Shown here in pieces: positions 13,186 to 25,534 of a DNA stretch of 64,000 nucleotides. Each line of letters begins with the position of its first letter. The first letter of the stretch is position 1. The notes under the pieces are model-generated. The model was not told the origin of the DNA. It saw only the letters and a list, made by a program, of their open reading frames with translations, and ran no database searches. Source of the stretch: Paramecium tetraurelia (lineage: Eukaryota); contig CT868196.1 of NCBI GenBank assembly GCA_000165425.1, positions 372,001-436,000 of the forward strand. Direction: 5' to 3'. Both the position numbers and the translations under genes were made by a program.

Positions 13186-14338
13186 ATGGATCAAACATCT
13201 AATTACCTTAAAATTTGGGGGTTGCCTGATGGAATTGCTGAGAATGACATGCTATAGAAGTTTAAATGCATTGGAAAAGTGACCAAAAGCATATTACAAA
13301 ATAATGTATGGTACATTGTGTTTGAAGATGAGGTCGATAATGATAGTGTATGATAACATATCGATTTGATAGGTTGAGTTTTTTGCAAGCACCTACACAT
13401 AGTTGTAATATGTAATTGGTTCAGAAATGAGTCCTTAAGACATACAGAAATTTTCTTCTCTATTTCCCTAAAACGATAATCAGGAACTGTAGAGAAAGAG
13501 ACTGGAATAAGAAAAGCTTCAGGAAATAGCTAAAAAATAATAAGAGGATTAAAGATAGAAATTGCTGCAATAACAATAGGAATTTTTAAAATAATAACAA
13601 GAGGAATAAAGAAGAAAATAATAAAAGGAGAGAGAAGAGGCTTAACAAAGAGAGGAGGAGTTGAAATCTAAATTATTAGCTGAATAAAGATAACAATAGG
13701 AGGATCAATAAAGAGTGGTAAATAATAGATATATTTATTAGAAATTTTAAAAAGAATAGGAAGAAAGATAATAAAGATAATAATCACTCTAATAGTAGTA
13801 ATTATTGGAAGAATAAAAAAGATAAGAATAATTAAGAGGTTAGTAACCCTAAACAAATTAGTAGTTCAATTAATAAACATTAGATTTATAAAAGGAAAAA
13901 CTTAAAGAAGAATTAGCCCTGGATTTCGCGAAATCTCAATTTTAACAAAAATAATAGGCTGAATCAAAGGAGCAGGAATATAATAAGAAAATCTAAAATT
14001 TGAAGAGCAAACTCACAGAAACAGAAAATCAATTATAACAATAAAAAGATAAGTATACTAATTAATAAGAGAATTTAACAAAGCAATAAAAAGAAATTTA
14101 GGATTTAAAGACATCATTAAATCATGTCACACAACAAAGAGATAATGTTATTGCAAAGTTCAAAGAATTGCAATCCAACTAAGGAAGCAGTATCACTCAA
14201 GAGGATGTGGCCTTCTTAGAACAGTAACAATAATAATAGGAGCCGTCATCACTCTAAAATACGTTGTTTAAATTTGAATTTTGGGGCCTTTTAGTAGGGG
14301 TTTGGATCTTAAGTTAAGTAATTAATTTCTTCACCTGA
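13186..14338 (+). CDS. RRM-like N-terminus, coiled-coil/Q-rich middle, C-terminal transmembrane anchor
   Basis: YLKIWGLPDGIAENDMLQKFKCIGKV...VWYIVFEDE resembles RNP2/RNP1. Ends FEFWGLLVGVWILSQVINFFT-TGA (14336-14338). Confidence 0.6.
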
Positions 14339-14384
14339 TCCTAAAATGATATATGATTTATCAAATATTAAGTATTTATTAATT

Positions 14385-14960
14385 ATGAAACAGTAAAGGG
14401 ATAGTCTGTTTTTCCAATCCTAATTATATGTTGCAGTTTTGAGTGAACATTAGACTATTTTATAGTTTTTAGAAAACGATGAACTTGAAAGTTAGAAGCA
14501 ATCAATTCATCAGGATAGTTTAGAAATCTCAATTAAAAATGAAAAGAAAGTGATTTCAAACAAAAGTAGGCTTTAGCTGTATAATCTAGTTTATAGTACT
14601 CAGAGAAACAAAGAAAAATCCTTATGGATCAGGCTGGGCAAATAAGGTATTGGAAAAACAATTCGGTGTTCATTTATAACAAGTTGCATAAAGAACAGGC
14701 CCAAAATGGATTATAAAAAAATTAAAACCTGCAGAAACAAATGATTAAAAAGAATTCGAGCATCTACCTACAGTGAAAGTACATCAGGCATTTACATGAC
14801 TTAGGATGTCAGATCCCAGGAGAAGAAAATTCGATAAACAGCCTCAAGATCTTATAGAAGGAGAATAGAAAAAAATATTTAAGATTAGAAGTAATCATTT
14901 AATGGGGTTCCTATATTTGATCCAAATTTCTAAATCAAATTGCATTAGTACAATTTATGA
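14385..14960 (+). CDS. Hypothetical protein
   Basis: Code-6 exons (KKNPYGSGWANKVLEKQFGVHL...GPKWII) joined by 2-3 short introns. TGA 14958-14960. Confidence 0.5.
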
Positions 14961-15045
14961 TTATATTTAATAATTAATGGAGAACGAAGCAAGAATATCT
15001 AAACTTGTGTGTCTAAATTTATTATAAATATATATATATAAGTTT

Positions 15046-15312
15046 TCAGTATGGAATTTAACTTAAAAGTTGTTTTGGAGAATGGATTTCCTCCTCCTAA
15101 TTTTGCATTGTATTTTCATCCTACAAGAATTGTTCTTACCGTGATGCTAATATTTGCATTTTCTAAATTGCTTTTAGATGATTTCTGGGCATCCTCATTT
15201 ATTCTATCATATGATTCAAATCTTGCAGATTGAGATTTGGATTTTGTACAAATTCTATGACTTACTTTGGACAGTAAGCAAGATTATGAAATGGCAGATA
15301 AGTAAAAGACAT
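15046..15312 (-). CDS. Small hypothetical protein (~82 aa)
   Basis: MSFTYLPFHNLAYCPKQVIEFVQNP... Needs a 19-nt GTAAG...TAG intron to avoid a TGA. Confidence 0.4.
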
Positions 15313-15606
15313 GTATTCGTTAAATATATATTTATAATATTATAAAAATTGATCAAGGGTCAAATGAGCTATTGGGTATGTTTATTTTCAATTGCTTTTT
15401 GATCATTCTCTAATAACTTTTTTATGGTTTTTATTCCAATTAAGTAATTTCTATATGAGTTGAACTATCAAGTTGAGTCTTAGGTATTTATTTTTGTTAT
15501 TTTCTTACTATAAAGTATAATATCATGAGTAGAATTATGGAAACTAAAACAATAAATAAGAGTATTATATAATCTTAGTCCATAAACTAATTTAATAAAT
15601 AAAAAA

Positions 15607-16065
15607 ATGAAACTACATTAATGTTAAACTAACCAGCCCAACAATGATATGATCTTTGGTCACAGAATTGGTACCAAGAAGATAGTAGCTGAGAAGCAAT
15701 AGAAAGTACAGTTTTATACTTAGTCTAGGTCATCAAGCATATTAGATAATTGCCCAGGAGCAAAGAAGATAATTACTTTCAGGAAGCCATTAAAGCAAAT
15801 GAGTAATACGATCTTTTTCTGGAAAAGTATGTCTGCAACTCCTTATCTTTTTAGGATGAACACATTCAAGATCCAACAAGCATTGATATTAACGAAATAA
15901 CGATTTTAAGATGATAATAAATTTGCCAATCTTTTAGAGTACGTTCCTGAAGAAAAAGAGAACGATAAAAAAATCAAAAAAGAACTTGAATCCTATATTG
16001 ATAGATATGTTACTATGAAAAAAGGACCTGCCCCAAGACATCCGTAATTTTATTATTTTATTTGA
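15607..16065 (+). CDS. Hypothetical protein
   Basis: ATG 15607, two GTA...TAG introns, ends KGPAPRHPQFYYFI-TGA 16063-16065. Confidence 0.5.
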
Positions 16066-16090
16066 TTATAAACATTACTTTATAAATAAT

Positions 16091-16831
16091 ATGTTCAATC
16101 CAAACTCCATCAAGACCTTAAGGACTATGAGTGCATCCTCATAACGTTCCACGTAAAATAAACTTTTAATGGAAGAAATTGATTCTGCAATTAAGGATTT
16201 GAGAGAATGGAAAAAAAATGAAAATCTTGAATTGAAAAAACAACTTATGGAAAACTAACAAACAAAAAAAATCATCTACAAAAGTGGATATGAAATAGAT
16301 GAGGAAGAAGAGGACACTAGATAAGAGGAATTATTATAATAATAAACTGATCTAAATAATAAATTGCAAAAGATTAGACAGGAATATATGAAGGAATATC
16401 TTCAAATTCCAAAATATATGGCTAGTGAATAAAAAACCTAAGAAGTGACACAAAAGTTATAAGAAAGTTCTTAAAGATTAGAAAATTTAGAAAACTATCC
16501 TATTAATTAGCTTAATCTTAATAAAATGGATGATGATATCTTGCTAAAATTGACTTAATGGAAGGCTTAGCTTGTAGAACTTGATTAGATTTCATAAGAA
16601 TAAGAATCTGCATAATAAGATACTCAGAGTGATTAGAATGGATAAGTAACAGCAAATATGAAATAAAAAATATAATAAGAATTAGATTAATTTTAAAAAT
16701 ATGAAATGACAATTTCAAAAGAGTAATAAGAAAAATAAGAGTTTAATTAGCAAATTCAATAGGAGTTGAATGATCTCGATAAAGATTTCGATGAAATAGA
16801 TTCATTATTAAATTAATGCGGAATTAAGTGA
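16091..16831 (+). CDS. Hypothetical coiled-coil protein
   Basis: Intronless code-6 ORF rich in E/Q/K heptads. TGA 16829-16831. Confidence 0.55.
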
Positions 16832-16998
16832 GTAATTTTTAAACAATTGAATATTTTAATTCCATCATCTCAATAGGAACAACATTTTATTTTTGTTCAT
16901 CTAAACATTTAAAAATAATTATATTTATCAAGAGAAAAAGTGTGAATCTACATTTAAACAATTGATTAATGAAATGTTAATTTATAATATATATTTAA

Positions 16999-18532
16999 AT
17001 GGATAATAAAAAATATGTGATAAAATAGCATGGCAGAGAAATCAAAGCATAAAAAAAAGAGGAAATCAAAACGACTATAGAATAATTACGCAAGAAATTT
17101 GAATAATAAGTAGCTCTTAATAAATATGATGAAGGATAATGTATAATTAGAACCCGAAGAAATTATAAAGATTTGTGAAGAATTCTCTGATATATTTCTT
17201 GTGAAAAGAGAAGTTCATACTATCTAAAATTAAATGGTTGAGATTATTGATCTAAAATTAAATGTTGATCCTGAAATTGAAGATAAAATTCTAACATCAA
17301 GTTTTGTCATACATCAAACATTTAGAAGAGGATTAAGTTTAATAGGCTTTTAAAATTAATACAAGTTACTTCGAAAAGGAATGATGAAATTTTTTGATAT
17401 GTAAATGGTATATAGAAATTAGAAAAATAATTGATCAAGAAAAAGCAAAGTCTGAGGAAAAAAATGATTTAAATAATCAAATATCATTTTACACTTTTCA
17501 TAGAATATACAAAGAATTAGAAAATGGAAAGTCAATTAAAGTAAGAAACAATTAATAACACTTAGATATAAGTTTAGGAAAAAGCCAATGGGGAAAATGC
17601 ATAAATAAGTTTTTTTCCACCTTTGAATATGTGGGTGATTTGTTCCAAAAATACTGCTATTTTATGTAACGGAGTTGATGATTTGAAAATTTATTCAGAT
17701 CAAAAATTTAATCTTGCAATATAAATTGCGAAATAATGGTTTAAAATGATAGATTAAAATCCTCAACTAGTAGAGATTAAATAAGAATTATCAAATTCTA
17801 CTTTAGTTGGGGAATATTGTGGACATCCAAAATTTTAGCACTTAGTAAAATATGACAATATTTCTTTAAAATTTTTCTCAAGAGTTAAACATAGCAGTTT
17901 AGAAACTTGTGAACCATTAGGTGAATCTAGATTGTTGTTTTAATAATATTAACTTCCAACTGTTTCTTGTAGATTGGAAGTTCAAGTTGATAGCAAAGAG
18001 AATCTGATTATTGAACTAAAAAAACTAAAGGATATGATTAAAATAAGGAGCATAGAGGAAGAGGGAGAAGGAGCAGTTTTATATCTTGTAAATAATTAAG
18101 ATCAATGCCTTACACTAGGGAAATTGAAAACTATTGAATGTATTTGATATTCAAACCCTATATAGACAAAATTCATAGGTAAATTAGAGAGGCATTGAAA
18201 GATTGCATTCACTAAAAAGGAAACCCAGTTAAAACTTATTAGGCTTTGTAACAAAGCGTACAATAGTTTACAGCAATTGATTAAGGCAAGAGGAAATAAT
18301 ACCTGCAATTTGCTACTAATTTACTCCAAGAAGCTTCTAAGTATATATTTTAATATATGCAATTAGTTTCCTTAAAGGTCAGCAGGATGCAAACATGAAA
18401 TAGATTTAATAAATACTTTTTAGTTTAATTGATAAAAGCTATTTAGATATCAAGGATAGAATATAGAAAAAAGGAAAGGAAGATATGAATGTGTTTAAAT
18501 AATTGATAGAATAAGGTGATAATAAATAATGA
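16999..18532 (+). CDS. ATP-dependent RNA ligase, Trl1-ligase/T4 Rnl1-like, stand-alone (copy 1)
   Basis: After removing short introns: LRKGMMKFFD; motif I EKANGENAQIS (K at 17581-17583); Ia WVICSKN; III TLVGEYCGHPKFQHLVKY; IV EGEGAVLY; V LGKLKTIEYKIHRQIRE. Confidence 0.8.
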
Positions 18533-18600
18533 AAGAATTATATTTTATTTTATATAAGAATTATTATGGTAAATATTTTAATATAAATCTAATTTATTTA

Positions 18601-20084
18601 ATGTTACAATAGAAAAGGAAGAAGTCAAGAATAACCAAGAATTTGGAACCTCTGATATAAAGTTTAAAATCATTTAGAGCAGATGTATATTTAATTTTCT
18701 ATCTAGTAACCAGAGACATAATTAACAATTGAAGAATTAGATAACTTTTTACAAACCTTTAATATTTTGACAAGTTCTTAGGTTGTTGAATGTAATCTCA
18801 AAGATTTAGATCTTTAGATTAGAGATATTAAATTAAAAATCCATTATGAAGAGGACACCTTATTTTCATTAAATAAACAAATACATTAAACTTTTAGAAG
18901 GGGTTTGGCTTATGTAAACTATGGTTAAGGTTGGAAAATATTAAGAAAAGGGTAAAAGAAGTTCTTTGATTTGTACTTTGAAGATATTTAAGGGAAAGGT
19001 GGTGAATTTTGTAACACGATTAATTATTACAATATTGGCAGAGCTCAAGAGCTAGCTTAATAAAATAAATAAATTAAAATCTATATTTCAGAAAAAGCAA
19101 ATGGGGAAAACTGTTAGATTTCATATTGCAAGGATATTGATAGTTGGAGTGTTTCATCAAAGAACAAAACTCTTGTACTTAGAAATGAAAATGATCTAGA
19201 AGCTTAATGTTATTAGAACAATTCATATCTAGTGGCATTAATGATTGCAAAATAATGGTTCAAAGAATTAAAACAGTTAAATTAACCAATAGAAGGATTA
19301 AAAAATATATTGTAAGATCATACATTTATTGGAGAATTTTGTGGCCATGTTTAACTGTAACACTTAATCAGATATGATGAAGTCTAAATAAGATTTTTCT
19401 CAATTGTGAAAAAAAATGGAACTGAAACTTGTTTATCACCTAAGTTTTCTCAATAAATCTTTGATAATTTACAATTAAAGACTGTAAAATTTAGAGAAAT
19501 CGTTGCTAATGGAATTGAGGATTTAAAAATGAAAATGCTTCAATTATCAAACGAAATAGCTAAAATGAGTTTAAAGGAGATGGGGGAAGGATCAGTATTG
19601 TATTTTTGCAACGCAGAGAATGATGAATGTTTATCCTTAGCAAAATTAAAAACAATTGAATGTATTTATTATCTAAATAAAAAGATCGAATTATTCGAAA
19701 AATAAGAGAAAAAATGAAGTCGTTGGTTTATAAAAAAGTTGACAATAAAACTTGTTTGAATAAGTTTATCTCTGAGTGCAAAAAGTTCCCTTACTTCAAT
19801 GATCCAGAATTTTAGTAAGCTTATTACATAGAATTGTGCACTAAATTATTGAGTTTTGGTTAATTGTAATTATTTAATCCTATGGTAGTTTAATAAAAGA
19901 ATTAAAGGATGAGAAGATTTACAAAAGTGTTTTCAATAAAATTAAATAAAGCTTTTTGGATTTTCTTGATTTGATTAAATAAAATGCTCCTTTTGATTTT
20001 ATACTCAATCATTTTGTAAAGATAAAATAATTCGATGTTGAAGAACTTCAAGAAATTGAAAATGATGACGACGATTTAGAATGA
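18601..20084 (+). CDS. ATP-dependent RNA ligase, Trl1-ligase/T4 Rnl1-like, stand-alone (copy 2, tandem paralog)
   Basis: LRKGQKKFFD; motif I EKANGENCQISY (K at 19094-19096); Ia WSVSSKN; III TFIGEFCGHVQLQHLIRY; IV MGEGSVLYF; V LAKLKTIEYRIIRKIRE. TGA 20082-20084. Confidence 0.8.
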
Positions 20085-20299
20085 TATAGATTAATGTTTA
20101 TATGTTGTACAATAAAAATTAAAAATCATTCTAATCCGTTTCAAAAATATTCAAATTTTTTGCCTAATGAAAATTCCTTTAAATAAATGAAAAAGTAATA
20201 AAAATAATTAGGGATTTAAAGTTATTTCATAATTTTTATATTAAAAATTTGAGTGATGGAGAAATTATTTTAAATTATAATTGATTAAATTATTATTAT

Positions 20300-21853
20300 A
20301 TGCAATAGACAGAATTAGATTATCAGAAGATGAAAGCAAAATAGGATTTATAATCTGTAACATATTTGGCTTGAATAAGATATTTTTATTAGTTACTCTA
20401 TTTAATGGTTTATGCTTTCTATTTAATACAAATATATGTTTCGGATGGGATTACAAAATAATTATTATATACGCTTGTACAGCACAATTCGGCTTTTTGA
20501 TCTCCAAACTCCTCTCGAGTTAAGGGTATGTAGCAGCATAATTTAAATTAGGATTAATTCTTACTGTTGTTTTGCCATATTGGAAAGTACATTATTAATT
20601 ACTTACCTATTGGGCTTTATATACGACAGAGAAGTTTCTCCAATCAATATTAACTTGATTAGCTACACTCTTCTGATAATATAATTTATAATATTAGCAA
20701 TTACAGTTATATTGGGCAGACAGAACTCAGAAAGTGATGGGCATGGTCAATCAAAGCAAATACAAGATATAGTATTTATGTTATGAGTGTAGTTAGTCTC
20801 AGCTATTAAAAGTATTGGATCCTTATAGATTGTGTTTTTAAGTTTGAAATTGAGTGATCAAATAGACTGGAGTTGGATGCAAACTTTTATTATTATTTGG
20901 TTCAGTATTGGTACGATGATATTGTTCGAAATAAGCTTATTCATTGATCTATTGATGAAGTGTTATAATAGCAAATTAGAAAATAAAAAGGAGATAAGTA
21001 AGAGTATAATTATATAAGTTTATGGTAGTATGTGGTTTAACATAGTAATGATTGGTTTTATTTCAATATCTTTACTAACATTTTTGGGTTTGGGATTATC
21101 GCTAGACTATTAGATACCATCAATCAATCTAGCCGCATTTATACTAACAATAATTTATTATATATTTGAAATTGGCTACTATATAAGGAACAAGAAAGAT
21201 TTAATGTAAAATTGTGAAGTATAATTAGTTTTTATCTAAGCAACTAAGAAAATTAAACATAAGCATAGAGTTAAGAAAGGAACAATGAACAAGCTGGTAT
21301 AAAGGAAAGGATAAAATAAATTCACAGAATAAGTATAAGTAAGATGCCTTAATTTATGATAAAATTATCTGCTACTTATTTTAAAAGATAGGAATAAACA
21401 AGTGTAATAAGTAAGCCAGTTGGATCAATATTAAATTAAGATAAGAAATTTAAATCAATAAGTTTATCAGAGAAGAAATAAAATAAAGAAGTTAAAAAGC
21501 AATCTTCATAAATTTATGATGAGGAACTTACAAAGAGGTTTGATCAGTTATTATCATCTCCTCGATTAAAACTAGAAGTTAGTGAAAGTATTGGTGCAGA
21601 ACTATCAAGTAGAGGATAACCTAAATAGATTTAATTATGTTTAGTATGCTATGAAAAAGAAAGTAATATGATTAATCAGCCTTGTGGTCATGGAGGATTT
21701 TGTTAGGAATGTTCGTAATAATTGTTGACTAAAAGTGATTTGTGTTTATTGTGTAGGAAACCTGTGACTCATGCATTAATAGTTTAAGGAGTTGAAAATC
21801 GGGAAAGTCTTATGGAAGTTGTGGGTGTGTTTTAGGATGTGTAGAAGTAATGA
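20300..21853 (+). CDS. Multi-pass membrane protein (TMEM185-like segments) with C-terminal C3HC4 RING finger
   Basis: Several TM helices incl. LSLKLSDQIDWSWMQTFIIIW. RING CLVCYEKESNMINQPCGHGGFCQEC...CLLCRKPV. Confidence 0.78.
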
Positions 21854-21888
21854 TAATTTAATTGCTTTTAAAATATTTTTTATAATAT

Positions 21889-22945
21889 ATGAACAATAAT
21901 AGTAATATTTTTAGACCTCCTTCATGTCATAAGGTGTAAACTCCCTAGTTTGCCAAAGAATAGTAACAACCTAAAAATGCAAAAGGAAATAATAGATAAG
22001 TATTTAGAAGTATTTCATTTATACTAATGATAATAGTCTAGACATTTAAATTAAGTCCAAATTTCAAGAATAATCTAAGTTAAATGCCTTCAAACTAAGA
22101 TAGTAATTGATTGGTTCATTTTAGCATTGGAGTAACGATTAGCCGATCAAACTTCAGAAATAAAATTACTTTAAAATCAAATAGCAGAGTTAAAGAAGTA
22201 AAATGAGTTATTGGAGTAAAGATTGAGAAAGGCGAATTCGGTAATTCTTAAATTAATTTTAGACTGTTTCTGATTATTGGATAAAAGTTAAAGATACATA
22301 AACCAAACTTCAACAGGTTTCCAACAAGTTTAGAAGCTGCAGAGACAAGAAGAAGATGTATAAGAGAAGAATAATAGATGCTTTGAATTATTTTTATGGT
22401 CGATACACAGATGCCTAATGTATATGAAATTATGAAAATAGAATAGAATGCTCCATTTTTATAATTAGAAGAACTGAGATAAATATTACTACAATTAGGA
22501 ATGCATGAATCTATCGTCTAAGAAATGCAATATTTAAATCAATAGGCCCAAAATTAATAGAATGTTAATATTGACAATATGACATACGAATAAATCTTAA
22601 ATCTATAGGAGAGAATTGGGTATTTTATGTTCACTATTATTATAAGGAATCAAAATGTGGGATTACCGAAGGAAGTTATTAAACAGATTCCTAAAAGAGC
22701 CAAAGAAGAAAATGACAACGTTGATGAAATGTACATTATTAATTCTATATACAAATAGTTGCACTATTTGTTATGATCAAATCTTAACTGGTAATGTATA
22801 TAGATAACTTCCATGCAATCACATATATCATTCAAAGTGTATTAAAGCATGGCTCTTAAATCACAAAAAATGTCCAGTCTGTAATATAGAAGTGATTCTT
22901 TGTTCGGATCAGCACGATGACCACAATCACTAACAAACACAATGA
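21889..22945 (+). CDS. RING-H2 E3 ubiquitin ligase
   Basis: [18 protein letters not shown]...[11 protein letters not shown] followed by CTICYD...[16 protein letters not shown]...CPVC. Confidence 0.85.
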
Positions 22946-22992
22946 ATTAATTATATGAATTATATTATTAAGACTTTTGTTAACCTTTATAT

Positions 22993-23764
22993 TCAATAGT
23001 TTTCATCTTCTTCATCAACCTTTTTTGCAAATTCCAACTTAAGATCTTGATAGAATTGAGTTAAGTGGACATTAGCAATAGCAACACTATTTGCAATGGA
23101 CTTAGGTTGATTAGTTTGGACTGGTATCACTTGAAGTATTTTGTTCCTCAATGCATTTATGTATTGTATTATAGGAGTAGTAATGGCGTCTGTGTTATCC
23201 GAACAATCAGTAGCAGTAAGAGCTAAATGTTAAATTCGATCACTAAAGTAATTGTTTCCCCACCATAGTTCAATTTCATCGTCAAAGTTCTTATCCATTA
23301 GACAATTCAAAATGATTGTTGTTTCTACTAGTAACTATTAGATAAAATCACAATAAATTTACTTAAATTGTTTCTTTTTATATAAATTCTATATTTGTAA
23401 TTGTATCAAGATTGGAATTTATATAATTCAGGTATTCATTTCGATAATACTCTAGTACTTTCGACTTTATTTTCAAAGCTTTCTCAGTGAAATGATTATA
23501 GCTTCGAATTATTAATTAGGATTTAGCCTCTATTCTCTCTGCCAAGATTTCACATGAATCCATCTGAATTTACTATTTCTCAATTTGCTCCACCAAATAA
23601 GATTTTATAGGCTTAGTTCTCATCACATTCGCCAATGAGTTGCTTTCTACAAAGTCAATCGCCTCTTTAGTAGTGCTCACACTTTGTCGAATGTCCTCCT
23701 GCTTTTTTATTTCAACTCTCTTCTCCGTATGATTTTCTTTTTGTTTAGAGCATACAAATCCCAT
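22993..23764 (-). CDS. Hypothetical protein with N-terminal MGxxC dual-acylation motif
   Basis: MGFVCSKQKE. Code-6 frame with one intron, ends KKVDEEDENY-TGA. Confidence 0.6.
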
Positions 23765-23800
23765 TTTATATAGTAATGATATTATTTAATGACTTATAAA

Positions 23801-25496
23801 TCAAATTTATCCCATGTAATCCCACAGGATATCTTTATCACTATATCCCGGAATAGCATATTCATTTAAATTTGAAAGAAAGTTCTCTTGCGTTGTTTTG
23901 AAAGGAGGAAATATTTTATCAATTGTCAATCTAAATGCGTCATCTACAACTGATTCAATTAGTTACTTAACATTCTCGGTATCAATTTTTATAAAAGTGG
24001 ACTGCTTTCCTCAATACAGGGATTAGTATTAATCTCAATCAACCAAATGTGCCCATTTTTATCGACCATAAAATCGTAACCAAATATTTCAAATTAGAAA
24101 TCCTTCCGATCTAAAAATTAAGTACATATATCAACTGTCACGCAATTTAGATCCGGCACAATATATCGTTTAATGAATTAGTTCCTTCATTTTTAGGATA
24201 ATTCCTGCTGAAGATACTTTAGTATTTCTCTATTAATTTAAATAATGTTGCAAATCCTATAGACTCAGCTGATTTCCCAATTCATACTTTCCGTAGCTGG
24301 GATGATTCTTTTATACTGCATTATTAGTTAAATGAATATATAAAGATTTCAGATTATTCACATCAAATTACTCACTAGCTAAACGTAGATATCTACAAAT
24401 AATAAATGTATTTTACCCTTCTTTAAAGAAATAGTATTTTGAAGTATGATCAACAAGTACCCAAACTCGAAAATCGAATTTTCTACCATTATACAAAAGG
24501 GGCGTTTCTAAATACTTTTATAAAACTATAATGCGATCATTACTAGTAGACTAATCTATTGTAAAACTAAGTTAGGCTTAGCCAGATTCTAAGTTAATGG
24601 TATTAAATAAAATTACTTTCATTAGAGTCTGGATATGTAATTGTAACTCCTCTAGCGCCTTTTGATGAACCCTTAGTTTTAGAATTCTGACATCTAATTT
24701 TACAGAATTCCTCTACTTAATTAATTAAGACCCTAAGATCAGAAAATAATTAAATTCCTCTTCCTCTATTGAGATCTGGTGGTTTCAATAACCAAAGATT
24801 CTTCTAGTTGCCTTCCTTCTTTATTGAGATAAAAAAGTCAACAAATTTCTTGAGATCCCATTACAGTGTCATTGAATCCAAGTTTATTGAGAATGTTATA
24901 GGTACAAAATCATCCATATTTTTGCTGATCCTCTAACAATGCATTTTGAGATTATCGTGTAATTTATTTTTATTTGAAATCTCATGATGATGTTCCAAAT
25001 GATTAATACAAACTTTCTTCTAAGTAAGAGTAGAATAGTTGAATCCCTTATTTGATTGCTTCCATATAAAGTTTACACTACAATTAATAATCTATAACTT
25101 ACTTAAAACTTGTTTACTATTCAGCAAACCAACCTCTTCCTTATAGTATTCTCCTTACAAGAGCCCCATTATTTCCATTTTCACAAAAGAACTACCTGTT
25201 TTTATAATCATCATTACAACATATTATGCTTAAAATGTATTTTTCAAAAACGCAGTTCTTGGTATTCTTTGCACTGAAGATTAAGGTCTTTTGCCTTCTG
25301 CCTGACTACTAAGTTTACGCTTTTCAACTGATTATTTTCTCTGAAATTGAGTGCTGTTGAACATACCAATCTTCGCCAAACCTTCTGGAGTATGCTATCT
25401 AGGTTCTTTTGGACTGTACTTTAATTGAATAGGCTCCAATCTTTATTATAATGCACCATACCTATTATCTTTCAACTTCATTGCTTGCAAGAACAT
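23801..25496 (-). CDS. Tubulin-tyrosine ligase-like (TTLL) family enzyme
   Basis: WLLKPPDLNRGRGI, VLQKYLETPLLYNGRKFDFRVWVLV, IHLTNNAVQK, FEIFGYDFMVD, WLIEINTNPCIEESS. Confidence 0.92.
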
Positions 25497-25534
25497 ATGA
25501 TTATTATTTATATAAAATTATCACAAAAATATTC

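Noticed and set aside
13668..13856. Very hydrophobic minus-strand ORF suggesting a membrane peptide
   Set aside because: Antisense of the A-rich Q/N/K-coding plus-strand gene; the hydrophobicity is a compositional artefact. The same applies to 16518-16718 and 32491-32682.
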